This document shows positions 1 through 8,537 of a DNA stretch of 53,713 nucleotides, piece by piece; positions within the stretch are counted from its first letter, which is position 1, and each line of letters starts with the position of its first letter. Origin of the DNA: a virus (Duplodnaviria; Caudoviricetes); the IMG/VR virus record IMGVR_UViG_3300036852_000233, positions 1 to 53,713 of that record; one strand, given 5' to 3'. The position numbers and the translations under genes are program-made. The notes below the pieces were generated by a model that did no database searches, was not told where the DNA came from, and worked only from the letters and a program-made list of their open reading frames with translations.

Positions 1-22
1 TGCGCGTGGGGGGAGAAATGGC
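1..22. repeat. Terminal direct repeat (identical to 53692-53713); circular-assembly overlap
   Basis: TGCGCGTGGGGGGAGAAATGGC at both ends; gene order is continuous across the junction (HNH then terS). Confidence 0.95.
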
Positions 23-128
23 TGAGATGGCGCGGAGTCAAGAGGTCAGCTGCATGGAGCCGAGTTGAGTCAGTCTGCGCCGATTGGCTGGATGGTCGGT
101 ATCAGTGCGCTGTTGAACAGTGGCACTT

Positions 129-509
129 CTACCAGTCCCTCGTGTGCTGCCGCCGGCGGATCCTACCTTGGATCCTTGATGCGCGGGTTCTCAATGCGTT
201 GCCGAGCCGCGTGCCGGCCGAGCGGTTGCAGTGGCGGTGCTCGAGCTCACGACCACCAACGCTGGGTCTGGTGTGGTCAGCGCCGCCCTGGGTGAGGACT
301 CGTGGTGCGTCATCGGGGTGGCCGAGGTCGAGGGTGCAGAAGAAGCAACCACGCCGATTGCAGTACCGGCACCGCGTCGGGTGGTACATGGGGTGGCCGC
401 AGCGTCGGCAAGGTGTGCCATCGACGAGGGCTGCGAGCTTGTGTTTGCGGAGGGCCTGGTGTTCTGCGCCGAGTCCACGTTGTGTGGTGGTGCCCGCCCA
501 GCGGGGCAT
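129..509 (-). CDS. HNH endonuclease, probable packaging cofactor (HK97 gp74-like position)
   Basis: CRRCG...LDLGH...LEHRHCNRSAG motifs; directly upstream of terS across the junction. Confidence 0.8.
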   Translation of the reverse strand: MPRWAGTTTQRGLGAEHQALRKHKLAALVDGTPCRRCGHPMYHPTRCRYCNRRGCFFCTLDLGHPDDAPRVLTQGGADHTRPSVGGRELEHRHCNRSAGTRLGNALRTRASRIQGRIRRRQHTRDW

Positions 510-670
510 CAGCGTGGCTGGATTTCGCTAGGGACGCTGGCGCCGCAGACGAGGCAGTAGATGATCCCGTCGGCATACGCAAGCCGTGCATCGAATGGGC
601 AGCTAGGCTTGTGGATGATCGCCTGGGTGGTGACGAACTTGATGGGAGGCAGTTCGCGGGGCTCGCTCAT
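509..670 (-). CDS. Small Cys-containing hypothetical protein (53 aa, not in ORF track)
   Basis: MSEPRELPPIKF...YCLVCG; GGAG RBS; TGA overlaps HNH ATG. Confidence 0.6.
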   Translation of the reverse strand: MSEPRELPPIKFVTTQAIIHKPSCPFDARLAYADGIIYCLVCGASVPSEIQPR

Positions 671-767
671 GGTCACACTCCAGGTACCGCGATGTAATCA
701 TGGGTGCAACGGCCAAAGCAAGTGCTGGCCTGCGGGGCTGTCCGCTTGACAGATTGCGTGCTCGGCC

Positions 768-929
768 TCATCCGACTCTCCGCTGGTAGTCCCGTCGATC
801 CTGATGTTGCTGTCGGTTGAACGCCGGCCACTTGGTAATGGCTCGGGGGAGAACCCACCACCAGGGCTTGTGGCCCATGTACTTCCGGCTCTCCTGATAC
901 CAGCGCCAAAATCCCCAGTCTTCCATCAT
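768..929 (-). CDS. Small Trp-rich hypothetical protein (53 aa, not in ORF track)
   Basis: MMEDWGFWRWYQESRKYMGHKPWWWV...RRVG; ATGA overlap with upstream stop; flanked by a 15-bp direct repeat. Confidence 0.55.
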   Translation of the reverse strand: MMEDWGFWRWYQESRKYMGHKPWWWVLPRAITKWPAFNRQQHQDRRDYQRRVG

Positions 930-1348
930 CCGACTCTCCGTTTGCCGTCGGCCTGGTAGTCGATCGACTGCACCGGCGGTCGCTGAGGGGGGCGCCGGCC
1001 AAGCCGTTCCTCGTAGTAGGCGATGATGCGGCGGAGCTCACCGAGGGCGTTCTTGCGTTGCCGGTCGCGGTCCCGCTGTGCCTGCGCGACCGCGAGGCTA
1101 CATGCTTCCATCTGGTCATGGTCGCTGGAGCCGGTGACCCTGCCGGACGCTGGTTCGGTGCTGGGCAGGGCAGCGCGTTCGATGTCACGGTCAAGCTTGG
1201 CGAGCAGGTCCTCGTGGAGCATGACGATTTCGGCGATCAGGTTCTGCGCCACGCCATCGCGCATGACGAGGTTCGGGTCCCGACCCGGGTCGAGCGGGCC
1301 ACGGTAGCCGGGCGGCGGCTGGGTCACCACAGCCGACACACCTTCCAC
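926..1348 (-). CDS. Hypothetical protein (helical; start may be GTG ~1327)
   Basis: ORF coupled into the minus-strand operon; high-GC3 codons. Confidence 0.6.
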   Translation of the reverse strand: MEGVSAVVTQPPPGYRGPLDPGRDPNLVMRDGVAQNLIAEIVMLHEDLLAKLDRDIERAALPSTEPASGRVTGSSDHDQMEACSLAVAQAQRDRDRQRKNALGELRRIIAYYEERLGRRPPQRPPVQSIDYQADGKRRVG

Positions 1349-1473
1349 AGCAGGACCGCGAGCCGTTCGCGGTTATGGTCGCAGAGCCAGCATGCAGAGT
1401 GGTCGATTCGGGCGGTGCACCACAGCCGCAGGCGGACCTGGCGGGGTAGCAACTGCCGAAGATCGAAGCTCAC
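1324..1473 (-). CDS. Small hypothetical protein
   Basis: GTGA overlaps at both ends; CWLCDH motif. Confidence 0.45.
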   Translation of the reverse strand: MSFDLRQLLPRQVRLRLWCTARIDHSACWLCDHNRERLAVLLWKVCRLW

Positions 1474-1649
1474 CGGGCCTCCTGTTCGGCGTTCCAGCAG
1501 TACGCGCATCCCTCGTGCGGGCATTTCACGACCGCATCCCTGGCCTGTCGGAGGAGCAACGCCAGTTCACGCCGAGCCCACGCCTTGCCCTCGAACGCGG
1601 CAGCGTTCAACCGGGCATGGAGCTCGGCACGGCCAGCACTGAGGGTCAC
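1470..1649 (-). CDS. Small hypothetical protein with CPH-x2-CAYC motif
   Basis: GTGA coupling; GAGG RBS. Confidence 0.5.
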   Translation of the reverse strand: MTLSAGRAELHARLNAAAFEGKAWARRELALLLRQARDAVVKCPHEGCAYCWNAEQEAR

Positions 1650-1783
1650 TCGTCCGCCTCGTAGTCGTCGCAGTCGCAGCCGTCCACCAAGCAGGGACAC
1701 AGCTCGGCCGGGTTGGTGTGGAGCTCGTGCTGGTCGTCGTCGTGGTGGCACCGGCGGCATGGCAGCGGCAGGGGCAAGCTCAC
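1646..1783 (-). CDS. Small Zn-binding protein (45 aa)
   Basis: CRRCHH-x3-H...C-x4-CxC-x2-Y, the same pattern found twice in 8534-9352; GAGGAGG RBS. Confidence 0.55.
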   Translation of the reverse strand: MSLPLPLPCRRCHHDDDQHELHTNPAELCPCLVDGCDCDDYEADE

Positions 1784-1977
1784 TCTCCCTCCTCGGGACC
1801 GGACCGGGAAGGCTTAGGTGGATGACGTCGACATTCGTGGTAACCATCTTCGGAGATCCATCCTTCGCTGCGGGCGAACTCCTCGGCTGCCTCGGCGGGC
1901 AGACCGCCGAGGCTGACGCAGACGATGCCGTCTTCCTCGGAGCGGTCACAGATGATTGACCACGAGTGCCGGATCAT
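1780..1977 (-). CDS. Hypothetical protein
   Basis: Translational coupling; Cys motifs. Confidence 0.55.
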   Translation of the reverse strand: MIRHSWSIICDRSEEDGIVCVSLGGLPAEAAEEFARSEGWISEDGYHECRRHPPKPSRSGPEEGE

Positions 1978-2165
1978 GGCGTCTCCTGCGGGTCGGGGTC
2001 GGCCTTGTTGGCGTCGAAGACTGCGAGCACCGCTTCAGCGTCCTCACCGACCGCGGCGAAGACTCGGCAGCGTTCGATGTTGGCGACCTGGACCGCGTTC
2101 ATCGCCTTGATCGTGGAGGTGAGGTCCGTTTCGTCGGGAAGTTCGATGACCAGTACCTTGCTCAT
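1974..2165 (-). CDS. Hypothetical protein
   Basis: AGGAGG RBS; ATGA overlap; flanked by a 31-bp imperfect direct repeat. Confidence 0.65.
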   Translation of the reverse strand: MSKVLVIELPDETDLTSTIKAMNAVQVANIERCRVFAAVGEDAEAVLAVFDANKADPDPQETP

Positions 2166-2581
2166 GGCGCCTCCTGAGGGTCGGGGCCGGCCGGTGGCGA
2201 CTCGATGCCCGCAGCCTGCTGCGGGGTCAGGTCACAGCCGACCGGCAGTGGACCATCGACCGAGATGTAGCCGTGTGGGTCGCTCATGGCTGGCTGCTCC
2301 TTGTCGTTGCCGGGACTTGTATCGATTGCATAGCCACGTTCCGGTGTTGGGGGTAGCTGGGGAAGCACCCGGGGTTCCTGGGGCGATTGCAATCGGTCGC
2401 AGGCGCAGGTGTGCTGCGTGACACGCGTTGGCCCGGACGGCGGGAACGTCATGTGCCACTGGTCGACGTTGCGGAGCGCGACGGCCGGTGCGCAGCCGCC
2501 GTGTCGCAGGCACGTCCACCCCTGGACAGGGTCCCGGTAGAGCGGGTGAACGTCGGGGACCTCGAGGTCGAGTTCGTTCAT
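2162..2581 (-). CDS. Hypothetical protein
   Basis: AAGGAG RBS; ATGA overlap. Confidence 0.55.
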   Translation of the reverse strand: MNELDLEVPDVHPLYRDPVQGWTCLRHGGCAPAVALRNVDQWHMTFPPSGPTRVTQHTCACDRLQSPQEPRVLPQLPPTPERGYAIDTSPGNDKEQPAMSDPHGYISVDGPLPVGCDLTPQQAAGIESPPAGPDPQEAP

Positions 2582-2763
2582 TGCGTCTCCTTGACGGGGC
2601 CGCCGCAGCGGGGGCAGCGCTTCCGGGTCGGGTTCTCACGGAACGTGCGACCGCGGTAGGTGGTGATGAGCCGGCCTTGGCGGGTGCCCTTCCAGCCGCA
2701 GGGGCCGGCGAGGGTCGGCTGCGGGTTCGCGCATCGGACCTTCACCGCCTCAATGGTGGTCAT
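2578..2763 (-). CDS. Small Zn-ribbon protein, paralog of 11498-11722
   Basis: VRC...PCGWKG.R...CPRCGG.V. Confidence 0.6.
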   Translation of the reverse strand: MTTIEAVKVRCANPQPTLAGPCGWKGTRQGRLITTYRGRTFRENPTRKRCPRCGGPVKETQ

Positions 2764-3422
2764 CCGGCTTCTCTTTCGTCGATGGGGGCCTTCCGGAAGT
2801 GGTCGAGGAACTCGGCTTTGGTGCCGAGCTGGCCCCACCCTCCAGAAGGACAGTCCGGATACACCCGACGGACACGGAAAATGGCGTCATCGCCGAGATC
2901 CCAGTACAACGGCATGGTGATGGTGGCGTGGGACTTACGAGGCCAACGCCAGCGGAACGTACGGACACGCGGGTCGGTGAGCACCTGCCGGCCCCGCTCG
3001 CCATAGCGTCCATGCTCCCGCATGGGTCGCAGATCCACGTTGTCAGTGAAGCTGCTGGCGTCGAATACCCAGACGATCGCGCCGACGTTGGCACGGTAGA
3101 ACCGTTCACGCTCCCGGATCTCCGACACCGCCAACGACTGGTGTTGAAGTTCGATGACTGTGCCATTGGTGATGATGTCTGCCCGGTGCGATCCGACCGT
3201 CACCTCTGTTTGTTCCGGCTGGAAGAGCCGTTTCCAGTCGGCGTGCCAGTCAGACTCGGGCTCCGACCATGGATCGCAATCAAACTGGGCATGGTGAGCC
3301 CAGTGCCAGGTGACGATCTCTCCGCACTTCGCTATGAGCTGCTCTTGGCAGAGCGGGCACCAGCCAGCCTCCCCGGGACTTGCCGGGGTCCGCTGACCGG
3401 TCCCGTCATCGGCGAGGAGCAT
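2760..3422 (-). CDS. CoiA-like PD-(D/E)XK nuclease
   Basis: CPLC...HWAH...C...ESDWH..WK, HRADI, VIELQH, E..ERERFY. Confidence 0.8.
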   Translation of the reverse strand: MLLADDGTGQRTPASPGEAGWCPLCQEQLIAKCGEIVTWHWAHHAQFDCDPWSEPESDWHADWKRLFQPEQTEVTVGSHRADIITNGTVIELQHQSLAVSEIRERERFYRANVGAIVWVFDASSFTDNVDLRPMREHGRYGERGRQVLTDPRVRTFRWRWPRKSHATITMPLYWDLGDDAIFRVRRVYPDCPSGGWGQLGTKAEFLDHFRKAPIDEREAG

Positions 3423-3440
3423 GGCGATCTCCAGAACAGC

Positions 3441-4655
3441 TCATGGCTCCAACTTCTCGGGCTTCGCCCAGTCGGGTTCCAAGGAGTCCCACGGGGGGGT
3501 CCTTCTAGAGACCCCCCCGTCGTGGGACTTTTCCTCGCGAGTCCCATGGGGCAATGGGACTGCGTGGGACTCGTGGGACTCTGGGGATTGGGCGGCTTGG
3601 GCGGGGAGCTTGTAGACGGGTCGGCTCATGGTGCCGACGTTGAGCAGCGCACCCTTGCTGACCAGGGATTTTGTTGCTCGGTAAAAGGTTTGCTTGGGGA
3701 GCTTGGCGAGGTCTTTGAGCTCGGTGCGTGAGACGGCCGCAGTCGTCCCAAGCAAGTCCCACATGATTGCCATGAGCGCCTGTTCTGAGGCCACCAACTC
3801 ATCTGTAGTCCCACGACCTGTGTGGGACTGAATAACGCAGGAAGTGGTCATCTGACCACGGAGAGTGACCACCGACCGGGTGAGCTTGATCAGCTCGAAC
3901 TGTTCGGCGTCTTTGGCTTTCTCACACTTAACGGTGAGGTTTGCCCCTTCCGCTTCCACGAGAATCATCGTGTCAGCGGCCCCCTCGATGGAACTTGACC
4001 CACGGTAGGTCTCACCACCTTTGGAGGTGTGGTGAACGACGAGGACGGTGGCGCCGGTCACGTTCTTCACATGGTCCGCGGCGTCGATCGCCAGGCCGAC
4101 ATCGCGGGTGGAGTTCTCATCCCCACCGACCATGCTGCGGGCCAGCGTGTCGATGATGACTAGGGTCGGTTCCAGTGTCATGGTCATCTCGACGAGCGCC
4201 TGCCGGCGGGCTTGGTCGAGAAGGTTGATGGCGGTGGGGAAGAACCGGATTCTGCTGATTTCCGCCACATCAACCCCGAACGTCTCGGTCCACGCCCGAA
4301 CACGGATCCCAAGCCCACCGACCCCTTCCGCGGCGACATACAGGACGATCCCACGACGGACTTCCCGGCCGTTCCATGGAAATCCAGCGGCAACGCACAA
4401 TGCCCAATCGAGCGCGAGGAAGCTCTTGCCTGATCCGGGTTTGCCATACAGGACTGCGAGGGTCGACGCGCCGAGAAGATCGTCGATGAGCCATCGTGGT
4501 GGTGGCATGGTGACAAGCTGGCCAGCGGTAAGGAGTTGACCGACCAGCTTGTCACCGAGCGGCTGAAGCCCATTGTCGGTTTGGCGTTGGCGGACTGTGG
4601 CCCGTGCGACCATCTCGACATCGGGGATGGTGTCGTCGAACGGCCAGCCGCTCAT
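3441..4655 (-). CDS. RepA/AAA_25-family replicative helicase with C-terminal wHTH-like region
   Basis: Walker A GKPGSGKS, LYVAAEG, Walker B VIIDTLAR, VVHHTSKG...RGSS. Confidence 0.88.
   Translation of the reverse strand: MSGWPFDDTIPDVEMVARATVRQRQTDNGLQPLGDKLVGQLLTAGQLVTMPPPRWLIDDLLGASTLAVLYGKPGSGKSFLALDWALCVAAGFPWNGREVRRGIVLYVAAEGVGGLGIRVRAWTETFGVDVAEISRIRFFPTAINLLDQARRQALVEMTMTLEPTLVIIDTLARSMVGGDENSTRDVGLAIDAADHVKNVTGATVLVVHHTSKGGETYRGSSSIEGAADTMILVEAEGANLTVKCEKAKDAEQFELIKLTRSVVTLRGQMTTSCVIQSHTGRGTTDELVASEQALMAIMWDLLGTTAAVSRTELKDLAKLPKQTFYRATKSLVSKGALLNVGTMSRPVYKLPAQAAQSPESHESHAVPLPHGTREEKSHDGGVSRRTPPWDSLEPDWAKPEKLEP
3485..3830. repeat. Cluster of GTGGGAC/GTCCCAC iteron-like repeats; probable replication origin
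   Basis: About ten direct and inverted TGGGAC/GTCCCA copies in the 3' part of the helicase gene. Confidence 0.65.
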
Positions 4656-4846
4656 GTTCGTCCCCAGGCACGCCGTTGGAGTTGCTCAACCTCGATGCGG
4701 AGCATCGCCACCTCAAGCATGAGGTTGGCGATGACGGTGCGAAGCGTCTCGATGTCATCTGGGACTTGGAGCGCGGCGCGGGTGTAGCGGCCTGCCTGTT
4801 CGATGAGCTGGCGGGCGTGCTGTTCGGCGTCTGGGACAAGTGCCAC
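4652..4846 (-). CDS. Small coiled-coil hypothetical protein
   Basis: AAGGAG RBS then GTG; coupled to helicase. Confidence 0.55.
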   Translation of the reverse strand: MALVPDAEQHARQLIEQAGRYTRAALQVPDDIETLRTVIANLMLEVAMLRIEVEQLQRRAWGRT

Positions 4847-4871
4847 GGCGCTCCTTGGACCGGTGGTGGGA

Positions 4872-5255
4872 TCAGAACGGTGGGAGATTCTTCGCGACCC
4901 AGGTGCGGGCGGTCTGCCGGTCCTCCTCATTGGGGTCGGTGAACAGCCATGGTGGTGATTGGCCGGGCTTGGCGACGCCTTTGCCGAGCCTGCCGAGCAG
5001 CATGCGTGGGGTGCCGACACGGTCGGCGAGCTGCGCACGCAACGCCTTTTGGAACAACATGAGTCCCTTGTGTTGAGTACCAGCGTGGTCGCCGTCAAGG
5101 ACGGCGATATCGCAGATGGTCGCGTCGGCGTCTCCGAACGCGGTCCGGATCCCGGTCTCGACTTCGAGGGCTTTGACGAGCAGGAGGCGACCTTCGTAGT
5201 CGGTGATGCGGGTCTGCTCGGTGGGCCCGTCGAACATATCCTGTGCCATGTGCAT
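4872..5255 (-). CDS. Phage protein, possibly ssDNA-binding
   Basis: LLGRLGKGVAKPGQSPPW motif; C-terminal PPF; next to exonuclease. Confidence 0.55.
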   Translation of the reverse strand: MHMAQDMFDGPTEQTRITDYEGRLLLVKALEVETGIRTAFGDADATICDIAVLDGDHAGTQHKGLMLFQKALRAQLADRVGTPRMLLGRLGKGVAKPGQSPPWLFTDPNEEDRQTARTWVAKNLPPF

Positions 5256-5294
5256 GCTCGTTTCTGCTTGTGCGGATGATGTGCATGTGCTGGT

Positions 5295-6335
5295 CTAGCT
5301 GGTCATCGCGGCTCCTTCCTGCAATTGCACCTTCCGGCGCTTGCATGCCTCCAGCAGCTGGTCGTCCCAGGCGCCGGCGTGGTCGGCGTCCTGCCACACC
5401 TTCACGAGGTCATCTTCCGAGGTGGCTTCGTCGACTCGCAGAAGCCACCCGTTCGCGGGTGCATTGGCTGGGGCTGGGGGTTTGGCGCTGGGGGTGAACT
5501 TGGCAGCGAGGTCTTTGCGGGCCCGCCACTGGCGAACCTGGTCGCACAGCTGCGCTTTCTCCCAGCCGGCGGTGATGTCGACCCAGTACAGGTCGCATCT
5601 GGCTTGTCCGACAGGGAGGTGGATGACGACCGCGTCGTTGCGGTTGACTTCCGGCATTGGCTCGTACCGGCCAGCTGCCGGGTCCCATAGCAGTTCGGCG
5701 TTGGCGTAGAGGGCGAGTTGGATGGCGATCTCACCCCACCCGTAGGAGAGGTCCCGGCCAGTTTTCAGATCGCCGATGACTAGGCCAGTGCTGGGCACAT
5801 CTAAGATCCGGTCGAAGGTGCCCGCAACACCGAGCTCGGGGAGGACGACGACCCGTTCGATGTATCTGGCATCGGTGGTGATCTCGGCGTTTGCGAGGGC
5901 CTGCTGATACACCTGGATGTCTCGGTCCCAGGGGGCTGGGATAGTGAGTTGTTCGCCTGCGTCGATGTGTTCGGTAAAGGAATGCAATGCCTGGCCGAGC
6001 CGGGCGCCAGAGCTCGCGGCAGCGGCCTCTTTTGCGTCGTCGACGAGACGGTCCAGCGTGGTCTTGTCGTCGATCGGGGTGGCCGCGGCGAGCGCGTACA
6101 GATCTGGCCTGGTGGCGATGCCCTTGGCGACCATCCTGCATTGCCACTTGGTCAGGCCGAACATGTCGCTCAAGGTCTTGGCCAGCGTGGTGGCGCGGGT
6201 CCACGGCTGTTCCCGGCCGGTCTGCGGGTCGGGGAGCAGGTAGCGGCCATAATGGTCCCGGCGGGGTTCCGGTTGGACCGACGCCACCGCGTCCGCGGGG
6301 TTGCACGCTGAGGGTGCGCGCGTAGCATCAGTCAA
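5295..6335 (-). CDS. RecE-like/PD-(D/E)XK exonuclease
   Basis: G..LH, VAGTFDRI, IGDLKTG, IQLALYA. Confidence 0.82.
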   Translation of the reverse strand: MTDATRAPSACNPADAVASVQPEPRRDHYGRYLLPDPQTGREQPWTRATTLAKTLSDMFGLTKWQCRMVAKGIATRPDLYALAAATPIDDKTTLDRLVDDAKEAAAASSGARLGQALHSFTEHIDAGEQLTIPAPWDRDIQVYQQALANAEITTDARYIERVVVLPELGVAGTFDRILDVPSTGLVIGDLKTGRDLSYGWGEIAIQLALYANAELLWDPAAGRYEPMPEVNRNDAVVIHLPVGQARCDLYWVDITAGWEKAQLCDQVRQWRARKDLAAKFTPSAKPPAPANAPANGWLLRVDEATSEDDLVKVWQDADHAGAWDDQLLEACKRRKVQLQEGAAMTS

Positions 6336-6411
6336 CGTCGACCACCTCCTAGGGTCTGGTCGGCCGTGGCCGGGGGCGTTCGCGCGCCGCCCGGCCGTTC
6401 ACTCCCCCGGA

Positions 6412-6420
6412 TCATAGCAT
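6412..6420 (-). promoter_or_regulatory. Extended -10 promoter (TGcTATGAT) for exonuclease/replication genes
   Basis: Reverse complement of ATCATAGCA in the intergenic gap upstream of 6335. Confidence 0.45.
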
Positions 6421-6450
6421 GAACCCGCAGGTCAGAGGGCATGTGCGCGG

Positions 6451-7803
6451 TCATAGGAGTGTCCCCTGCCGTTCGATGTTGACCCGTCCGAGGACCTTGG
6501 CGGCCCGCTGCCGCGCCAGCGTCTGGTCAGCGGCCAGCCGCGAATATGGTTCGCTCAGGTCGATGCCGACGCCGATCCGGCCGAGGGCCCGGGCGACATG
6601 GGGGACGGTCCCCGTGCCGGAAAAGGGGTCGAGGACGATGGCAGGGCGGGTGGGTGGTGGGGTCCACCGGTCGAGGTGGTACTCCCGCCATGGCCCGACC
6701 CGCTGGTAATTGTGCAGCTCGTTCATTGCTGGTCGGCGGCTAGCGCCCTCAGCGCGTAGCCCGGCGAGGCGGCCGTCGGTGCGTTCGTCCTGCGCCCACT
6801 GGCTCTCGCCGGTGCCTGGGTGGTCGGTGTGGGGGGTACACCCACACGCATACCCCAAGATCGTCGCCGCTTGGCAAGGCATGCAGCCGTCCTCAAGAAC
6901 GGTAGTGGGGCGTCCGCTGAACCGCTCGGCGCTTTCCCACATTCCCGACTTGGCGCTCTGATGATGTTTGCTGCGTTCCGCTCCGCAGCCGTCGCAACGG
7001 CCGTTGGTGAAACCTCGGCGTCGCTCGACGACGGGGAACCTGCCTTGCCCGCACGCCCGGCAGATGCCGGGTGGGGAGAATGCGAGGATCAATCGCCGGG
7101 GCCATTCGGTGGGGAAGGCTGCGTAGTGGTCGGTGTCGATCCAGGGTGGCAGCCGCAACGGCTCGGAGGGGATGCTCCAGACCGACCCGGGGAGCTTCCC
7201 AAGCGGGTTGTCGCCAGCTTTCGGCTCGTCCCACAAGCGGCTTCGCAGCAGATTGCCAGCCTGTTCGCCTTGCGTCCGGTAGTACGGCACCTGCGGCGCC
7301 GGCGTGAGTCGCCGTTGCGGCTTCGCCTCGTATGGCTCGCGGATCTCGTCGAGGGCGGCGTAATACCGCGGCTGCTTGGCGAGATGCCACCAGCGGGAGT
7401 GCGACACGCGGACGCGGTCAGTGACCGATTCCGGTAGGCCGTTGGGCCGGTTCCAGATGATCTCTGCCCGGAGGATCAGCCCGAGCTTGTCGACGCAGCC
7501 GATGGCGTACCGCTGCGGGCTGAGGTTCAGCGATTTGTCGGAGTAGGAATCACCCAGCTCGACGAACAGGCTGGCGGTCGGCTTCATGACCCGGACGCAC
7601 TCGGCGGTGACCTCCCAAAGATGCTGGAGGAACGTCCCCCGAGTGGCCTCATTGCCGATCTGGCCGGGCACGCCGTAGTCGCGCAATTGCCAGAACGGCG
7701 GGCTCGTTACGATCAAATCAATGCACGCGTCGCGCAGTGGGAGCCGTCGGGCGTCCCCGCGGATGATGGTCCGCTCGACCCGGGGGTTCACCATGCCGGT
7801 CAT
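6451..7803 (-). CDS. N4/N6 DNA methyltransferase (beta-type) with Cys-rich insertion
   Basis: IVTSPPF, H.AAFP, VLDPFSGTGT. Confidence 0.88.
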   Translation of the reverse strand: MTGMVNPRVERTIIRGDARRLPLRDACIDLIVTSPPFWQLRDYGVPGQIGNEATRGTFLQHLWEVTAECVRVMKPTASLFVELGDSYSDKSLNLSPQRYAIGCVDKLGLILRAEIIWNRPNGLPESVTDRVRVSHSRWWHLAKQPRYYAALDEIREPYEAKPQRRLTPAPQVPYYRTQGEQAGNLLRSRLWDEPKAGDNPLGKLPGSVWSIPSEPLRLPPWIDTDHYAAFPTEWPRRLILAFSPPGICRACGQGRFPVVERRRGFTNGRCDGCGAERSKHHQSAKSGMWESAERFSGRPTTVLEDGCMPCQAATILGYACGCTPHTDHPGTGESQWAQDERTDGRLAGLRAEGASRRPAMNELHNYQRVGPWREYHLDRWTPPPTRPAIVLDPFSGTGTVPHVARALGRIGVGIDLSEPYSRLAADQTLARQRAAKVLGRVNIERQGTLL

Positions 7804-8102
7804 GGGATGCCGCCGATGGGTTCCATGGCCCCGTCGGTGTAGTGGTGCCACTCGAGGATGTGATGACGGGCGAGGATGCATGGGTTGGGGTCGGTGAGGT
7901 GGCCGCAGCGGGCGGCATGACAGTTGAGGCACACGCAGACGACGTACCAGGGGTCGCCCTGCTGGAGTCCTGGTGGGGTGCGGTCCTCGAGGACCCATTC
8001 GTGGCTCGGGCAAACCATGACCTCAGCGTCGAACCCGTCGGCCAGCCGCAATCGGCATCGCTGATGCCAGAGTGACCGCGCAGGGTTGGGCATGCCGGTC
8101 AT
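7800..8102 (-). CDS. Cys/His-rich hypothetical protein
   Basis: GGAGG RBS; CLNCHAARCGH...C...HH. Confidence 0.55.
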   Translation of the reverse strand: MTGMPNPARSLWHQRCRLRLADGFDAEVMVCPSHEWVLEDRTPPGLQQGDPWYVVCVCLNCHAARCGHLTDPNPCILARHHILEWHHYTDGAMEPIGGIP

Positions 8103-8305
8103 GACCCTCCCCTGAGCGGTTCGCCAGCGGGGCACCAGCGGTCGCTGATGACGGTCTGGAACGGCTCGACGAGTGTCTGCTGCTTGTGGCGGACCGGCTT
8201 TCTGATCCCCGGGATGGGCCGGCCACGGTTGACGCGGGGCGCTCGGATGAGCCGGAACGCCACTTGCCGCCCGCAGGTATTGCAGGTCATCCGGTCGAGT
8301 TTCAT
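8099..8305 (-). CDS. Small Zn-ribbon protein
   Basis: CNTCGR...RH...WCP; ATGA coupling. Confidence 0.55.
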   Translation of the reverse strand: MKLDRMTCNTCGRQVAFRLIRAPRVNRGRPIPGIRKPVRHKQQTLVEPFQTVISDRWCPAGEPLRGGS

Positions 8306-8378
8306 CGGCGGACCGCCGTGATGGCGAGGGCGGCGACGTAGCCGCAGAGGAACCCGAACAGCCACCAGCCGAGGCCGC

Positions 8379-8537
8379 TCACCGGTCGCCCTCCCGCTGT
8401 GCCGGGCCTGGGCAAGCCTCGTCGTCTGGTGGCCATGTCTCGAAGCGTTGGCCGCAGTCCTTGCACCACCAGCGCCTGCTGTCGGGTAGCCAGGAGACTT
8501 GATGGCGGTAGCCTTCTCGCCACTGGTAGGTGGTCAC
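8379..8537 (-). CDS. Small Zn-finger protein, paralog of 19726-19917
   Basis: W..GYRHQV...W.CKDCGQ.F..WP.DDEACPGP; flanked by a 26-bp exact direct repeat. Confidence 0.65.
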   Translation of the reverse strand: MTTYQWREGYRHQVSWLPDSRRWWCKDCGQRFETWPPDDEACPGPAQREGDR

